Origin: Squalus acanthias
Taxonomy: Eukaryota
Direction: 5' to 3'
DNA: 64,000 bases
NCBI GenBank assembly: GCA_030390025.1
Contig: CM059432.1
Coordinates: 123,196,001 to 123,260,000 of the forward strand
Shown piece by piece: positions 35,834 to 48,891 of the stretch. The notes under the pieces are model-generated. The model saw nothing but the letters and a program-made list of their open reading frames with translations, was not told where the DNA came from and did no database searches. Numbering within the stretch: position 1 is the first letter of the stretch; the number at the start of each line of letters is the position of its first letter. The translations under genes and the position numbers were made by a program.

Positions 35834-38800
35834 TAATAAATGGAAAATCACAGGCTATGGGCCCGTTATTTCTTGAACAGTGCTCGTGACATGCGCTGCT
35901 TCATGCTGGGAGCACCAGATTGGGAATCAGCCCTAGAATTCCATGTCACTCAAACTGCTGAATGAGTTCTCACTGAGATATCATTTCAGCATATGAGATT
36001 TTCTCTTTTGGAAAATTGCACACCTCCAGCCAGTAGTTTTCTATCCAAGAGCTTGAATGAGTGAAAAATTACAGGCAGGGGGTGAGCAATTTCCCAATTT
36101 GTGTTCCCGTAACATGCTGAGAATACCAATATAGAAAATGTCCCCTTTTATTCTTCTCTTTCTCTAGGTCTGCCATATGAAGCGGAGTTGCAGTCCAGGG
36201 CCAAACAAAATAAAGTAAGCACCTCACAGCATGCCGCATTTCTCACTCGAATCCTGAAGAGCACCTGTGCATCCACCCCAGGGGATTTTAATACCGAGAA
36301 GGAGGACAGGGCACTGGGTGATGCACATAGCATGAGTGACCAGCAATGGGTCATGGTGGCAGAGAGAGACAGGAATCTGCTGTTCTAAACGCCAAGTTCG
36401 CATCTGCTGTAAGCAGAGAAAAAAATGGTTCCAGACCTCAGGAGCATCTGCTTGTAAAAGAAGGATGATTTCTGAACATCAAAGATTGTTGTAGTCAGTG
36501 GAGATGGTGCCAAGCAACCTTTAGTAGACGCTAGGCTAGTGTGAAGAAGTCCACTGCCCACATCTGTGCTGTGTTGATGCATGGAATTCAAGTACATCAT
36601 GGAGCATATAGCAACTCTAGGGCGCTCTTCAATACAGCCTCTTGTAGCAGGATCCCCAAGGCCAGTCATAGCATTTCTTGTGAATGCTTAAACTGCTGCC
36701 ATAGAAGTCTTGGGCTACAATGTGCAACATGCTCTCTCCTGTACCTTGGACAGGCTTTGGGATTGCATGAAGAGAGCCACTGATAGGGCTTTCAACAATT
36801 TCATTGCTGCTATCACACGGGTCAGTGGGCATGGTGAGACAGTGTCTAATAACAGGGCAGGCATGGGCACAATGACGGTACTGTTTGTCAGGGTGATAAC
36901 ATATCACAAAGGCCAAGGGCGCCTGTGGACACACAACAGTCAGCCACTTCATATACTCATGCTGCTGAAGGAGCACGTGCAACTATGTCCACCACAGCTA
37001 TGTTGTTATGTTGTTGGATAATATATCAGCAAGTGACAGGAATAGTATCTCTGGAAGTTATGTATGAAGGGAAGACAATGTAGTTAAGGCATATTTGTAT
37101 AGGACATAGTGATGAGATGGGGAGTACCATTTATGGATTGGATGGATGGATGGAGTAATTAGAAGGTCTCCTTAGTGGGAGGCTGGAGAATGGCTCTAAC
37201 AATAGCCAATGTTGGTTCAGCAGCTGAATCCTCAGCCTCCTCCATTTCCTCTTGGTTGTAGTCCAGGAGCAGCGGTCTGTAGCAGGGTATCGCACGGGCT
37301 CCAGCACTCAGAGGCCATTGACCGCAAGCATCTCAGGACTCTGAGCAAGATGCACAGCAGCCGACCACCAGCTCTGATCAAGCTTGATAGAAGTGGTACA
37401 CTTAGGAAGCCATCCATTAAAAACAGCACTAAGGGTTGACACTTGGGTGTTTCATTACTTGATACGCAACTATTTGTTTTCTTGTCCTCTGGAGCCCACA
37501 AAAATAATCTGGACCACTGCCGTCCTGGGACCTCATCGACTGTGACATGACCCCCCGCCCCCCCCCGCCACCCCACCCCACCGTGCCCTGCAACTTATCT
37601 AGTCGATGGCCAGCCAGTGCACTCCGCTGGCCGGTCGTGCAAAAGTCAAAATCAGCCCCACTCCCTCCTCCTCTGTTGGTTACAGCTGACCTGCTCCCAG
37701 TATTCTGTTGATGCTGCTCTGTTGCTGGAACTTAAGAGGTGTGTGAGAGTGGGGCAGCGTGGCTCTCCCTCAGATTTTTCCTATAAGGATATTCTTGGCC
37801 TTTGCCTGTTGTCTTCCTATGATAACAGGATTGTGATCCAGAACTCTCTGAGTAGAGGATGGCAGTAGTAACACAGTAGAAATATAAGTGCTCCCTTGTC
37901 AATTATCAGTTCATTCAACCAATTATTTATCAGTGACGCAGTGAATCGTTCCCCGTTCCCTATCGAGAATGAGTGTATTTGAACCCCATAGACTGAGTAG
38001 GAGATATTCTGAGATGCTTTTCATGTATTTTGTATTACATTAGCTTCTTGGTACAACACTATCACTGTTCAGCTTTTAATGAGCCCCAAAGAGAAAAAAA
38101 ACCTAAAAGTGTAGAGGAAAATCAATGTAACCTTCACATGAACATATCAGCTGTAGCCACAAGACTACTGAATTAAAAGAAATGGGCCTTCACAAACAGA
38201 TCTAGTCCACACCATCTCTGATACAGTAATGACCTGCCACTGCACAAAAAGTGGAGGTTTGCAATTAAAACAGAAAAGGGTTCCAAGTCTTGAAGGCTTT
38301 GCTCTTAATTCTCATGAGGTAGTGTTACTTCATCAGATTACTTTGCTTCTCCTTTTGGATTAGAGTTTTACTTTAAGAAGCAGTGGTCAGCTGACCAATG
38401 ACAGGGTTCACACTTTTAAACTTTGGAGATTTCCGTTGTCCATGTATCATTGCTAAGTATATGTGAGGTCATTAGAAACAGTGGGGTTTGTTTTCAACTC
38501 TGGTACCTGGGCGGTAATGGAACGAGAATCGCGGGGTGGGGGCAGCAGCTGGGGGGGGCATCTCCAAATGCCAGACAATCCGCTCTGCCAGGTTACCACA
38601 CAGGCGACAAAGTTGAAAATTAACCCCAATGAAAGTCAGTAATAGGAGTCATTGAAATATCACAGGCTGTGGCTTTATACCACTAAATGGAACAATTCGT
38701 CGGGGAGTTTGCATTTCCGACCTTTCCAAGATAACTGGAATTAATACAGTTCAATAAATAAAAAGACTGCAATGATTGCAGTTGAAATAAGGTTTATCCA

Positions 38801-39420
38801 TTTTTCTCTCCAGTCTCCCCTAGCCATGCAGCGACTGCAGCCAAAAGCGATAGTTGGTGGCCACATGCTCTGAGAAATCGCTGCCAATACAACATCTGCA
38901 GCAGATGTTCCCCAGGGTCCAACATGGTCAGTCTGTGCTGTAACTTTTGGAATAGAATTATTTGAAGAAATGATTAAACAGTGTAAACATGGTGGCTTTC
39001 TTCACTTTGGTCTCACCCAAGCCCTTCAAAGCTGGGATGGAGACTGGCCTTACCTGATAGAAGCTCTAGTCATTCCTACTTGTCACAATGTCAAAATTTT
39101 GCAAATTGTAAAATATCTTTAAATAATTCGTACGGTCCCTATTTGGAAAACAATTTTCTGTTTTGTGTTGTACCTTGCATGCTTATAGCTATACGGTGTG
39201 CAGGAAGGATTCCCCCCAACAGTAAAGTACACTCTACTTTCACTTCAGTCACTATCTGCTAACCCCACCCTTCTGTTTATGACAAGAAGTAGTCAGTCAT
39301 ACCACAGTGACTTTGGCGCAGAATGGGTGATGCCATCATTGGGGAAAAAACATGAATAACCTCCCAAGCCCGAATCAAGAAAAGCTTGTCACACAAATTT
39401 CCTTAGGGTCTGAAGTGTCA

Positions 39421-39540
39421 ATAATCCGGGAAGGGTGGTAATGGGGCAGCGATAATCCGGGAAGGGTGGTAATGGGGCATCGATAATGCAAGAAAGGTGG
39501 AAGTGGGGCATTAATAATCCAGGAAGGTGGGAAATGGGGT
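39421..39540. repeat. 31-bp G-rich tandem repeat, about 4 copies
   Basis: ataatccgggaagggtggtaatggggcagcg twice nearly exact, then two diverged copies. Confidence 0.85.
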
Positions 39541-40481
39541 GGGATCCCATAATGCCAAGTCTCCACCCTGAAGATAACTTCCTCGAAATTTCCTCTGAGG
39601 GCAGGACAGATGGTAGTTTAGTCTGCCCAATCAAAACCTGACATTGCAAAAGGAAGTGAGGCTGACGGGATGGCAACATCGGCCAGAGTTCCTGCCATTC
39701 CTCGTCTACCCTGAATGTACTCGACACTGGCAAGATAACCGGCATTTGGGAGAGCGGAGCGATAGAAATAGGGCCCACAGGAGTGTCCAGGCGGGGAGCA
39801 TGGCCTGGAGCATTCAAAGGCAGAAATTCTGCCGTCGACAAAATTGGCCCTTTTATAAAGAGAGCTGATTTCCAATTTTTTCTGATATTTGAAGCTGATC
39901 CTATTGGCCTTGCCCTCAAACAGCTGGTAAGCACTGTATTTTGTTGTCCTATCAGTGAGCGCCCAACATGCATTGATCCTGGGGCTTGAAAATGTAGCCT
40001 GCTTTTAACGAATGTTGAGCACTGCACTGTTGATTAAGAAATTGACTAATAGATGGGTTTACGATCTTGTTGTAATGCAGATTTGTCATGGGCCTCATTC
40101 CCGAGACCCATTCTTGGTCTGGTGGACCCCTGCAAAATGGAGCTGTGCACCCATACTATATGCACTATGTGGCTCTACACGATAAGCCAACGGGTGTATC
40201 TGTGTGCTGCTTCTGACACTGGGGTTTAACGGGTTAACCTTGCGTCACAGCGGACCAAATGACTCAGCTGGGGCTCATCTGCGCACCTCCGTCCACTGCT
40301 GCATTGGCTCAAAGTCTGCAGCAGCAGGAAAGCACGGCCAAGTTCCAGTACTGCCTCAAATGCCACGCCTCCCACTGTGTTAGCTGCCCGCCGACAAATG
40401 AACGGGCGAGGGGAGGAACGCACTCCCTGTGGAGTTGGTTGCACGGAAGCTAATGAGGTGCCTGTCCTGGGATGCACTTGC

Positions 40482-40596
40482 CTTGTAAGCTGTAGAGTTC
40501 GCTGACGCTGTTCTGCCTGGTGATGTGATGCCAGTATGCGCTGCGAGGGAGCGTTATCGTCATCAGTGTCATCTCCTCGCTGGGACTGGACTGCAG
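40482..40596 (-). CDS. DOK6: DOK6 penultimate coding exon, 115 nt (not resolved by the ORF track)
   Basis: Translates LQSSPSEEMTLMTITLPRSAYWHHITRQNSVSELYSLQ-G, containing the DOK4/5/6 LPRSAYWHHIT motif. Acceptor tttctgtatttcag|CTG, donor AAG|gcaagt. In frame with both neighbouring exons. Confidence 0.93.
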
Positions 40597-41834
40597 CTGA
40601 AATACAGAAACAAAGTTGCTTCAGACATGCTCGGAAGTGCAATACCAAAAAATAAAAATGACAGCACTTCAGGAAAAAGAACACCTTTGAAAGAATACAT
40701 GCAAACGGAATGAAAACACCAAGCGCACTGATGTGGCCTGGAGTTTGTGTGTATGGTTCATCAAACTGAGAGATGACAGTGCAGGGAGAGCGGAACAGAT
40801 TTTCACTTTGCACACAATGACAGAATTAAGCACTTCTAGGTTAGACATGGCTTGTTCCTTCTTCCTGTCTCTAACAACCCATCTCCAAGTTGGCCACAGA
40901 ATTAGAGCATTCCAGCAACCTGACGTTTCCATTTCCCCATCTCACTAATCTTCTTGACCTCGCAGAGTGAGAGCGTCCTAATTAGTGCTGTAGCAGCAGG
41001 GATCTGTCTGGAGATCTGAAGCTTCTGTTTATGACGTTTAGTAAAATTAGAAATATTAAAGGAGAAGGTAGCTCTTATGTTCAGCGTGGAGGATTAGCTC
41101 CATTTAAGTATTCCATGTTGTTATTCTTTAAAATGCTGTCTTTACAGTCAGAGAAATCCATTGTTAAAGTGCCTGGAACTATTTAATGTCAATGAACTGC
41201 AGATTGTCTCATCCTTGTTAAGTCTTCTGTTGTTAACTGACAACGGCTTGTAGCGAATGGTTGGGTGCCATCAAAACTTTTACTGCTATTGGTAGCAGGG
41301 TGCTGATGCTGCAGGTCCCATTACAGGAAATTCATCTATGGCTTTCTTGTGAGGCATAGCTTCCTCTGAGATTGGTGCTTGGTGAGGTCAAAGAAGCTAT
41401 GTTACCCAATGCAGTAGTGGATCCTGATAGTTCTTTTACGGCCCAGGACTTCATTAGGCTGCTTCTGCTGCTCATTCTCTTCTTCCAATGTGCCCAATAA
41501 AGTGAGTCTTGTTGAGCACCTCTGCTGCTTTAAGGTCTGGAACAAGGTTATCCTGTGCTGGACTTCTAACTCACCATGTCGCCTTAATGCCAACATTATA
41601 GTTACCAATCATTAATATGATTCGGGCTGCACGGCAAGTGTGAGTAAATTTGCCTTTAATTTGTGCGTAACAATTTAACAAGCCAAAAATGTAATTCGGG
41701 TTTGTACATTAATGCCAGGTGTTTGCTTTCGTTAATTCAATTTGGCCCCAAGAGGCATTTTGAGGGTGTAGCTAAAAATGCCCCAATGCTCCATTAATGC
41801 TAATGCAACAAGTGACTTCACATTAACCCTCGTT

Positions 41835-43690
41835 TAACTGCCCTTGATATCAAGGTGGCATTCGACTGAGTATGGCACCAAGAAGCCATTGGAAAACTGA
41901 AGCCAATGGGAGAAAACCCTTCGATGACTGGAGTCACACCTAACACAATGGAAGATGGTTGTGGTTGTTGAAGACCAGTCAACACAGCCCCAGGACATTA
42001 CTTCCTGAGGGAAACATTCACAATCCAATCATCTTCAACTGCTTCATTAATGACCTGTCATAAGGTGAGGAGTGGGGCTGTTTGCTAACGATTCTGCGGC
42101 ATTCATCTCCATTTATATCTCCTCTGATAATGAAGCAGTCTATACCAGTCTACAGCAGGACCTGGATAACATCCAGGCTTGTGCTGACAAGTGGCCATAA
42201 CATTCATGCCATGTACATGCCAGATAATTACCATCTCTAACAAGGGATAGCCCAGCCAACTCTCCTTGACCGATAGCCGATACCCCCACCATCGACATCT
42301 TGGAAGTCACCATTGACCAGAAACTGAACTAGACCACCCATATCAACACCATGGCTATGAGAACAGGACAGATGCTGGGTACTCTGTGATGAGTGGTTTA
42401 CCTCCTGACCTCTCAAAGCTTCTTCACCATCTACAAGGCTGAAGTCAGGAGTATGATGGAATAATCTCCACTCACCTGGATGGGTGCAGCCAGAACGATA
42501 CTCAAGAAGCTCAACACAATCCAGGATAAAGAAGTTTACTTGATTGGTGCCCTGCCATTCAACTTAATGGGCCAAAAATTCGGCACTTGCCGGGTGAGTA
42601 CGCGCTGTGTACTCACCTGTAAGGCCTCCTGAAGTGCCGGTTTCCTGCATGCACTGCGCATGCGCGGGAAACCGGAACTTCCGGTCTCGTGAAGGGAGGG
42701 GTTGAGAGGTGAACCGCATGCGTGGGAGAGGCTGCGCGCACGCAGCGAACTTAGGGTTTTTTTCAGGTTTCTCCGGGAAGGTAAGTATGGAAGAAGCTGC
42801 GCTTTTAAAAAGGAGGCGCAAGACCCGTTTTTAACAAGGTAAGTGGTTAATTAATTACAATTTAAAAATTTTTTCAACAGGTTTATCTTTTTTAGATACT
42901 TTAAAGAAAGGTAAGTTTATTTTTAGCACTGTTAAAAAGTATTTTAATTTTTTTAAAAATTTAAATTTTTGTTTGAAGTAGTTAATTTATTTAACTTATA
43001 GTTATTTTAAAAATGTGATGTTTTTAAAAAATTTATTTCAAGTTTAGGTGTTGTTTTGGGGCCGATTTCAATTCATAGATTTGACAGGTCTTCCTGTCAA
43101 ATCTATGAATGAAAGATGGTCTGCTGCCATTGGCTCTCCATGGCCCTCGTGATCCCAGGGGACGCATCGCACTAACTACGCCCCTGGGATACACAAGCAC
43201 TGCGTGCCGGCAGCTGCAGGAGGCCCAGGAGCTGAAGTCCCCGTGGGCCCAGAGGTCAACGGCAGGCGCAGTAGGTAGGTGCGCGCGGGATCCTTGCACC
43301 CGCGGGAAGCCCGGGAGCCTAATTTCTGGGCCATTATCCACCACAGTATGTACAGGAAGTACTGCAGCTACTCTCCAGGGTTACTTCAACAGCACCTCCC
43401 TTCCCTGTGACTTCAATCACCAAGAAGGACAAGAGCAGCAATGTTGTAGGATAACCATCGCCTCCAAGTTCCCCTCCAAGTCACAAAACAACCTCATTTG
43501 GGCATACATTGGTGTTCCTTCATTGTCACTGGGTCAGAATCCTGGAATTCCCTATCTAACATCATTGTGGGAGAACTATCACAAGGACAGCTGCGATTCA
43601 AGGAGAAGGTCCACGATCACCTTTTGAGGGCAACTAGGATGGGCAATAAGTATAGCCTCGTCCATGCCACCCACATCCCAAGAACAAATT
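41835..43690 (+). mobile_element. Old CR1-like LINE interrupted by a family A MITE
   Basis: actgcccttgatatcaagg, catccaggcttgtgctgacaagtgg and the 3' end gggcaactaggatgggcaataa, all homologous to 55460-57487. Confidence 0.8.
42569..43332. mobile_element. Harbinger-type MITE family A, copy 2 (inverted relative to copy 1)
   Basis: gggccaaaaattcgg ... aatttctgggcc; reverse-complement homolog of 6686-7448; flanks AAT/ATT. Confidence 0.85.
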
Positions 43691-44436
43691 AAATAGAATG
43701 TACAGACTCATTTCATTCACTAAGTGATGCAAACAATGAAGTTTGGAAGATATAACATATGTCTTAATGGTCACCCAATCAGAATGAAGGTAAAAAAACA
43801 TCAACGAGGTTTAGAGAGAGGTTTTTGCAGTGTGTACCACTGTGAAATGCTTCTCCATTACTGGTGATTAAATATAATCTTTTTATCTATTTGTTTAGTG
43901 AAATCATGCTGTGTGATATTAGCTTATGAGTATGTGAGTTCAAATGAAATGGTTTTGTTTTTTATTTTAACTGAGGCACTAACCTGTTTATTGGAACAAA
44001 TAACATGTTAAGATATCAGATAACACATTTTGGATGCTAATTGTACAGAGTGCAATTTCACCCCACTAATGTTCATTGGCAGGTAGGAGCTGCAAGAACA
44101 TTTTGAAAAGAGGATGTCACATTGTTAAGTGACTCATTGCAATAGGTCTATCAATGACTTTTTCTCTACTAATTAATTTGTGCCACAACAGCTTTTATCA
44201 AGCATCTAATTTTGCTAACAGCATTCTACAATTATCAGTTTATCAGTAATGGTGTGGCTTACGAACAAAGATTAAAGCAACTGTTTCCTTATCTTCTTAT
44301 AACTGCATCTTTGTCTTGGTACTCTCTGTCTCTCTTTCTGTCGCAGCCATTTGGTTTGTTTTTTCACTCTTTTTGCCTGCTTCTTTTTCTCTTTCTCTCA
44401 TTGTATATATATACCTCAAACAATTCCTCTTGTTGG

Positions 44437-44613
44437 AGGGTAGCTTTGACTTTAGGTGCGCCAAGATGGTTGCAGATCAGCCGCCCGTTTTACACCCCAT
44501 CCGATTTTTCTTTCCATTTACTTCAATGAAATGGAAAATCAGACAAGGTGGGCAAGGTGTGACTGATCCACTACCACCAGTTTACCGTCCCCCGCAAAAT
44601 GAAAATTACCCCC
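44437..44613. mobile_element. Short hairpin MITE-like element
   Basis: Similar to 5732-5915; centre tttccatttacttcaatgaaatggaaaa; ends gaaaattacccc. Confidence 0.6.
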
Positions 44614-45199
44614 CCCCCCCGCCCCACGTCTCTCCATTTGTTTCCAAAACGTTTTCTCATTCTTTCTCTATCTATCTCTCCTTTTTTCTGCTCTTTCTTC
44701 TGTACATCGCCCTTGATCTCTGTACGCTCCTGATACATGCTGCTTGTCTGATTTACTCTTTCAGCACTTCACTGAGTATGAACGGGAAGGAGGCAGGGTC
44801 GGGGGGGGGGCGGGGGGAGGAGTAAGGCTAACAAATTGGACGGAATGAGGCACTCTGAATAGCCCGTCTTGCTGTCAATCATAAAAAAACATTTTATTTG
44901 TCCTTCTACAAGGTGCTGAGTACCTCAAAAATAAAAAGTTAAACTGTTTGTACCAGGATTATATTTAATTATTGATAAAGGACTGAACATTCATATCGTG
45001 TGACACAAGCTCCTATCTGTTAGCCCTGTCCTCCTGAATATATAGGCTGAGCAGAAACTGGCATCTTTACCCTAGGGATAAAACGAACGTTCTCCGAATG
45101 GCAGGATGTGATAAATGGTACAAAAGCAAAATACTGCGGCTGCTGGAATACTGACATAAAAATCGGTGTTCGCCACAGATCTGTAATACGGTCTCAGCT

Positions 45200-45465
45200 T
45201 TTTACCACATATATTAATGACTTGGAATATGGAAATAGAGAACTGCAAATCCAACTTTTTACAAGACACTAAGTTAGAAGGCACAGTGAGCTGTGTAGAT
45301 GGGAGCAGGAAGTTGCAAAGGGACATAGACAGACTAAGTGAGTGGGCAAAACTATAACAGATGGAGTTCAATGTGGGAAAGTGTGAGGTCATCCACTTTG
45401 GATCTGAGAAAGACAAATTGGAATATTTTCTTAATGGTGAGAGACTAGGAGCTGTGGAGGAGTAT
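45200..45465 (+). mobile_element. CR1 internal RT fragment
   Basis: Reads LQRDIDRLSEWAK..QMEFNVGKCEVIHFG. Confidence 0.75.
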
Positions 45466-46029
45466 TGACAACGTACCTTTGTGCAAGGAAAATCATACTG
45501 AGTGGGCTCCAACAGCCCAGTCATCTCTCCTTGACCTCCTTTGGCCTCACCATCTACAACTTGGGAGTCACCATTCACCGAAATAGGTGGGAGCCTCCTC
45601 AAATATTGAAGTTGGGGTCCTGTGCTGTCTGTAGGAACCTGATGCAATTTTGGTCTTGCACTGGGCCCTGCCAAACCAGCCTTCCTTAAAGGTACTGCTC
45701 AGAAAACGTGGGAAAAAATCACTGTGGCACTGATTTGTGTGTGGACAGGTGGAGCATGCATGCTCCTCTTGGCCCCACAAAATTCTTCTCACCCGCCGCC
45801 GGTCCCTCCGCGGCTACCGCTTTACGTTGCAATATCCGGCTGGTCTCGGCGGAGTAGCTGGCTGGATTTCCCACCTGCCTCACCGGCAAGCCTCCTGTCA
45901 GCACTCCTACAACACTGGGACTCGCCAAAATTATTCAGATGTGGCACGACCATGAAAACTGGTTGCTCCTCACACTGATTCCATCGGCAGGGGCTGCCAG
46001 ACACACAAAAATATAATCCCATCACTTTT

Positions 46030-47390
46030 TGTAGACACCCCAACTGGCCAGATGGATTGCAATGGTTCTTTCTGGTCCTGTACATTCCTGCTTTTCTATT
46101 ATATAGAATGATAGCCTCATCAACATCACCGACAATCATCCAAAGATCCTTTTGGTTTATTTCTTAGTAGATTGTTATCATCACCAAATCATAGGTCAGG
46201 AGCAGGTTTGCGATGTGATCCAAGGAATTTTTTTTTGGTATTCCTCCATTGTAACCTTGATTATGAGCTTCAGGAAGGTGTCAAACATATCTGGTGGTAG
46301 TGTGCATCTCTGCTGACCAGATTATTATTCTGAACTGCTCTACCCACTGCAGTGCCATACAAGTCCTTTAGGAGATTGACCTGTTTATAGTCAACATGCC
46401 ACAAGATGTTAATTAAGCCAGCATGTTATCAAAAAACTTCTTGCGATAGATAAGGTAGTTAAAGTAACAACCGTGGCATTTTGATGCTGCAGTTCGCTCT
46501 CTGCAATCTGTTTGGATACTGAAAATCAGTTCCACTGTTCCTCAGTCAGCTCTGAGGCCAGACTGCTCCTGGATAATTGGGCATCAAGTCTTCAGCTTCA
46601 TACATGCCCTTATCACTTCCAAAGCAACATGCATGCATTAACGGGTAATATGTAATATTTTCAGCACTCAAGCCAGTTTCCCTATTCCGGGATCATAGTA
46701 ATCACTGATTTTTCCCATCGTTCAGTAAAGTTCCTTCACTCCAGTTTTCTAAGCAGATTGTATGATAGCTTGTCTGATTCGTCTTCATCGGACTTGATGA
46801 GCTCAGCAGCATTTCCAATCTAACCTGGAGATCTTTCAGCTTTCATTTTTCTGATGGCTGCCTGGTTCTGAGAGTAAATTTCAGTCTTGTTTGATTCTGA
46901 GGTCCCATGGGTGCTATTGACATTAGTTTGATAGTTATATGATTGGCAGAGTATTCTTTCCTCCATTTCTTGAAATTGTGTACATCAGTAATCAGCTTAT
47001 TTTCTTTGTTCCATACTGTGGTGTGTTGCAAATTTCTTTCTTGATCCATAACCTCTTTTTTCAGTTTAAAAGCATTTTGCTTGCTTGCTTTGACAGATAC
47101 TTTTTTCCATTATGATGCAATTGTTGTTTGTCCATCTTTCACAATCTTTCTTCCCACTTTGATGGCTTCCCACATAGCAGAGGAAGTTGCATTATATCTT
47201 ACTCTCTCTTAGGCTAAATCTGTTATTACTAAGCTTAACGATTTTCTCTGATGTCCATGGCTTTTTCTTGATTTGCTTTCTCCGTAAATTTTCTTGTCCT
47301 TGTAATTTTGCAAATCGGTTTGTTAGTTCCATCTGGAAATGCCACTGTGCCTATTTGTTCTCCACAGATCAGGGCCTTTTGATATGACCT
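46030..47390 (-). mobile_element. Highly decayed RTE-like LINE remnant
   Basis: Minus strand shows degraded RSPG..G.AAELIK and P..GN.LEC.KY motifs with many stops and frameshifts. Confidence 0.45.
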
Positions 47391-48449
47391 GGGGGGCTTT
47401 CACATGGGGAAGATTGGAGCAAGTCACCTCGGGGCTGTGGAGCATAGAGGTGGAGCATTCACAAGGGGCAATCTTAAGTTATTGTCAAGGTTGGTGGAGG
47501 CCATTTTTGTAGGAGTCTTTCCTAAGGAAAATATGTATTGAAACGGATTTGTTATCTAAGCTTTGCAGCAACTAGAACTTCACATGAACTTGAGCTGGTT
47601 TGCTTATCTCTGGTGGTACCCATGAAAGCTTGCTAGGATTTTTTTTACTGGTGCTGGTAAACACACCATCAGCAATATTTGAGTATTAAAATATACATTC
47701 GACAATGCCACCATCTCAGTAATATGACTGTTGATTAATATGGCCAGCAATGTCTACCACTCACCAGACTGCTGTTATCTACGTGGAGAATTGTGCTGAT
47801 AATAATAAGGTTGATTATGTTACCAAAGTTTCATTAAGTGGCTGATGTTCCCAACAGCACAATGCTTAAGAAAACAAATTACACCGCCCCCCCCCCCCAC
47901 CCCGCCCCCCCCGCCCAAATGATATTTTTCTATTGTTTTGGATACCTTGCACCATGAACCATTCCCCAGCTGAGAGAATGGGTAAGTGACTTCCATACAG
48001 TCCTTTGTCATTTCTAGTCTCAGAAGGTTAGCAGTGGGTGCACAAGAGCAGTCCAGGTTAACTCATCATCTCCTTACTTGTGGAGAAGTGCTAAGGCTTT
48101 GACTAGCACCTCCACTTAGCCATCTGGCTGGTATCAGGAACTCACTGTGCAGGGAAAAGTCAGGCTCAATCCATACCATTATCCAATGATATAACCAATA
48201 CACTGCACCAATGCACAGCCTCAGGAGTGACATCTTTTAAGACATGCCAAACTCAAACCTTTGAATATCTACACCAAAATCCCACAATACTACTGTCAGG
48301 CGGTGTGTATATATATCTACATAAAAAGTGACTTTATAATTCATATCTACGATAACCATTCGACTATTGTCCATTATGATGTTCTAATTGTACCTTTCCA
48401 GTGAAGGCTATTCATAGATCTACAACAGTGAGAAATTAATATAATACCC

Positions 48450-48891
48450 TACGTGGAGAGACTGGAGAAGCTGGGATTGTTCTCCTTAGAGCAGAGAAGG
48501 TTAAGGGGAGATTTGATAGAGGTGTTCAAAATCATGAGGGGTTTTGATGGAGTAAATGAGGAGAAACTGTTTCCAGTGGCAGGAGGGTCAGAGGGCACAG
48601 GTTTAAGACGATTGGCAAAAGCGACACGAGGAAAAACTTTTTTTATGCAACGAGTGGTTAGGATTTGGAATGCGCTGCCTGAAAGGGTGGTAGATACAGA
48701 TTCAATCGTAGCTTTCGAAAGGGAATTGGATAAATACTCGAAGGAGAAAAAAATTGCAGGGATATGGGGAAAGAGCGGGGGGAGTGGGACTAACTGGATT
48801 AGTCTTCGAAAGAGCCGGCACAGACTCGATGGGCCGAATGGCCTCCTTCTGTGCTGTACTATTCTATGATTTTCTATGATTTTCTATGATT
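48450..48891 (+). mobile_element. CR1 LINE 3' end
   Basis: ERLEKLGLFSLEQRRLRGDLIEVFKIM; tail (tttctatga)n. Confidence 0.92.

Noticed and set aside
36150..37450. Possible decayed Harbinger Myb or other coding remnant
   Set aside because: Only faint resemblance; no termini or motifs I can defend.
40226..40813. 195-aa minus-strand ORF
   Set aside because: Wrong frame; the real exon is 40482-40596 in another frame.
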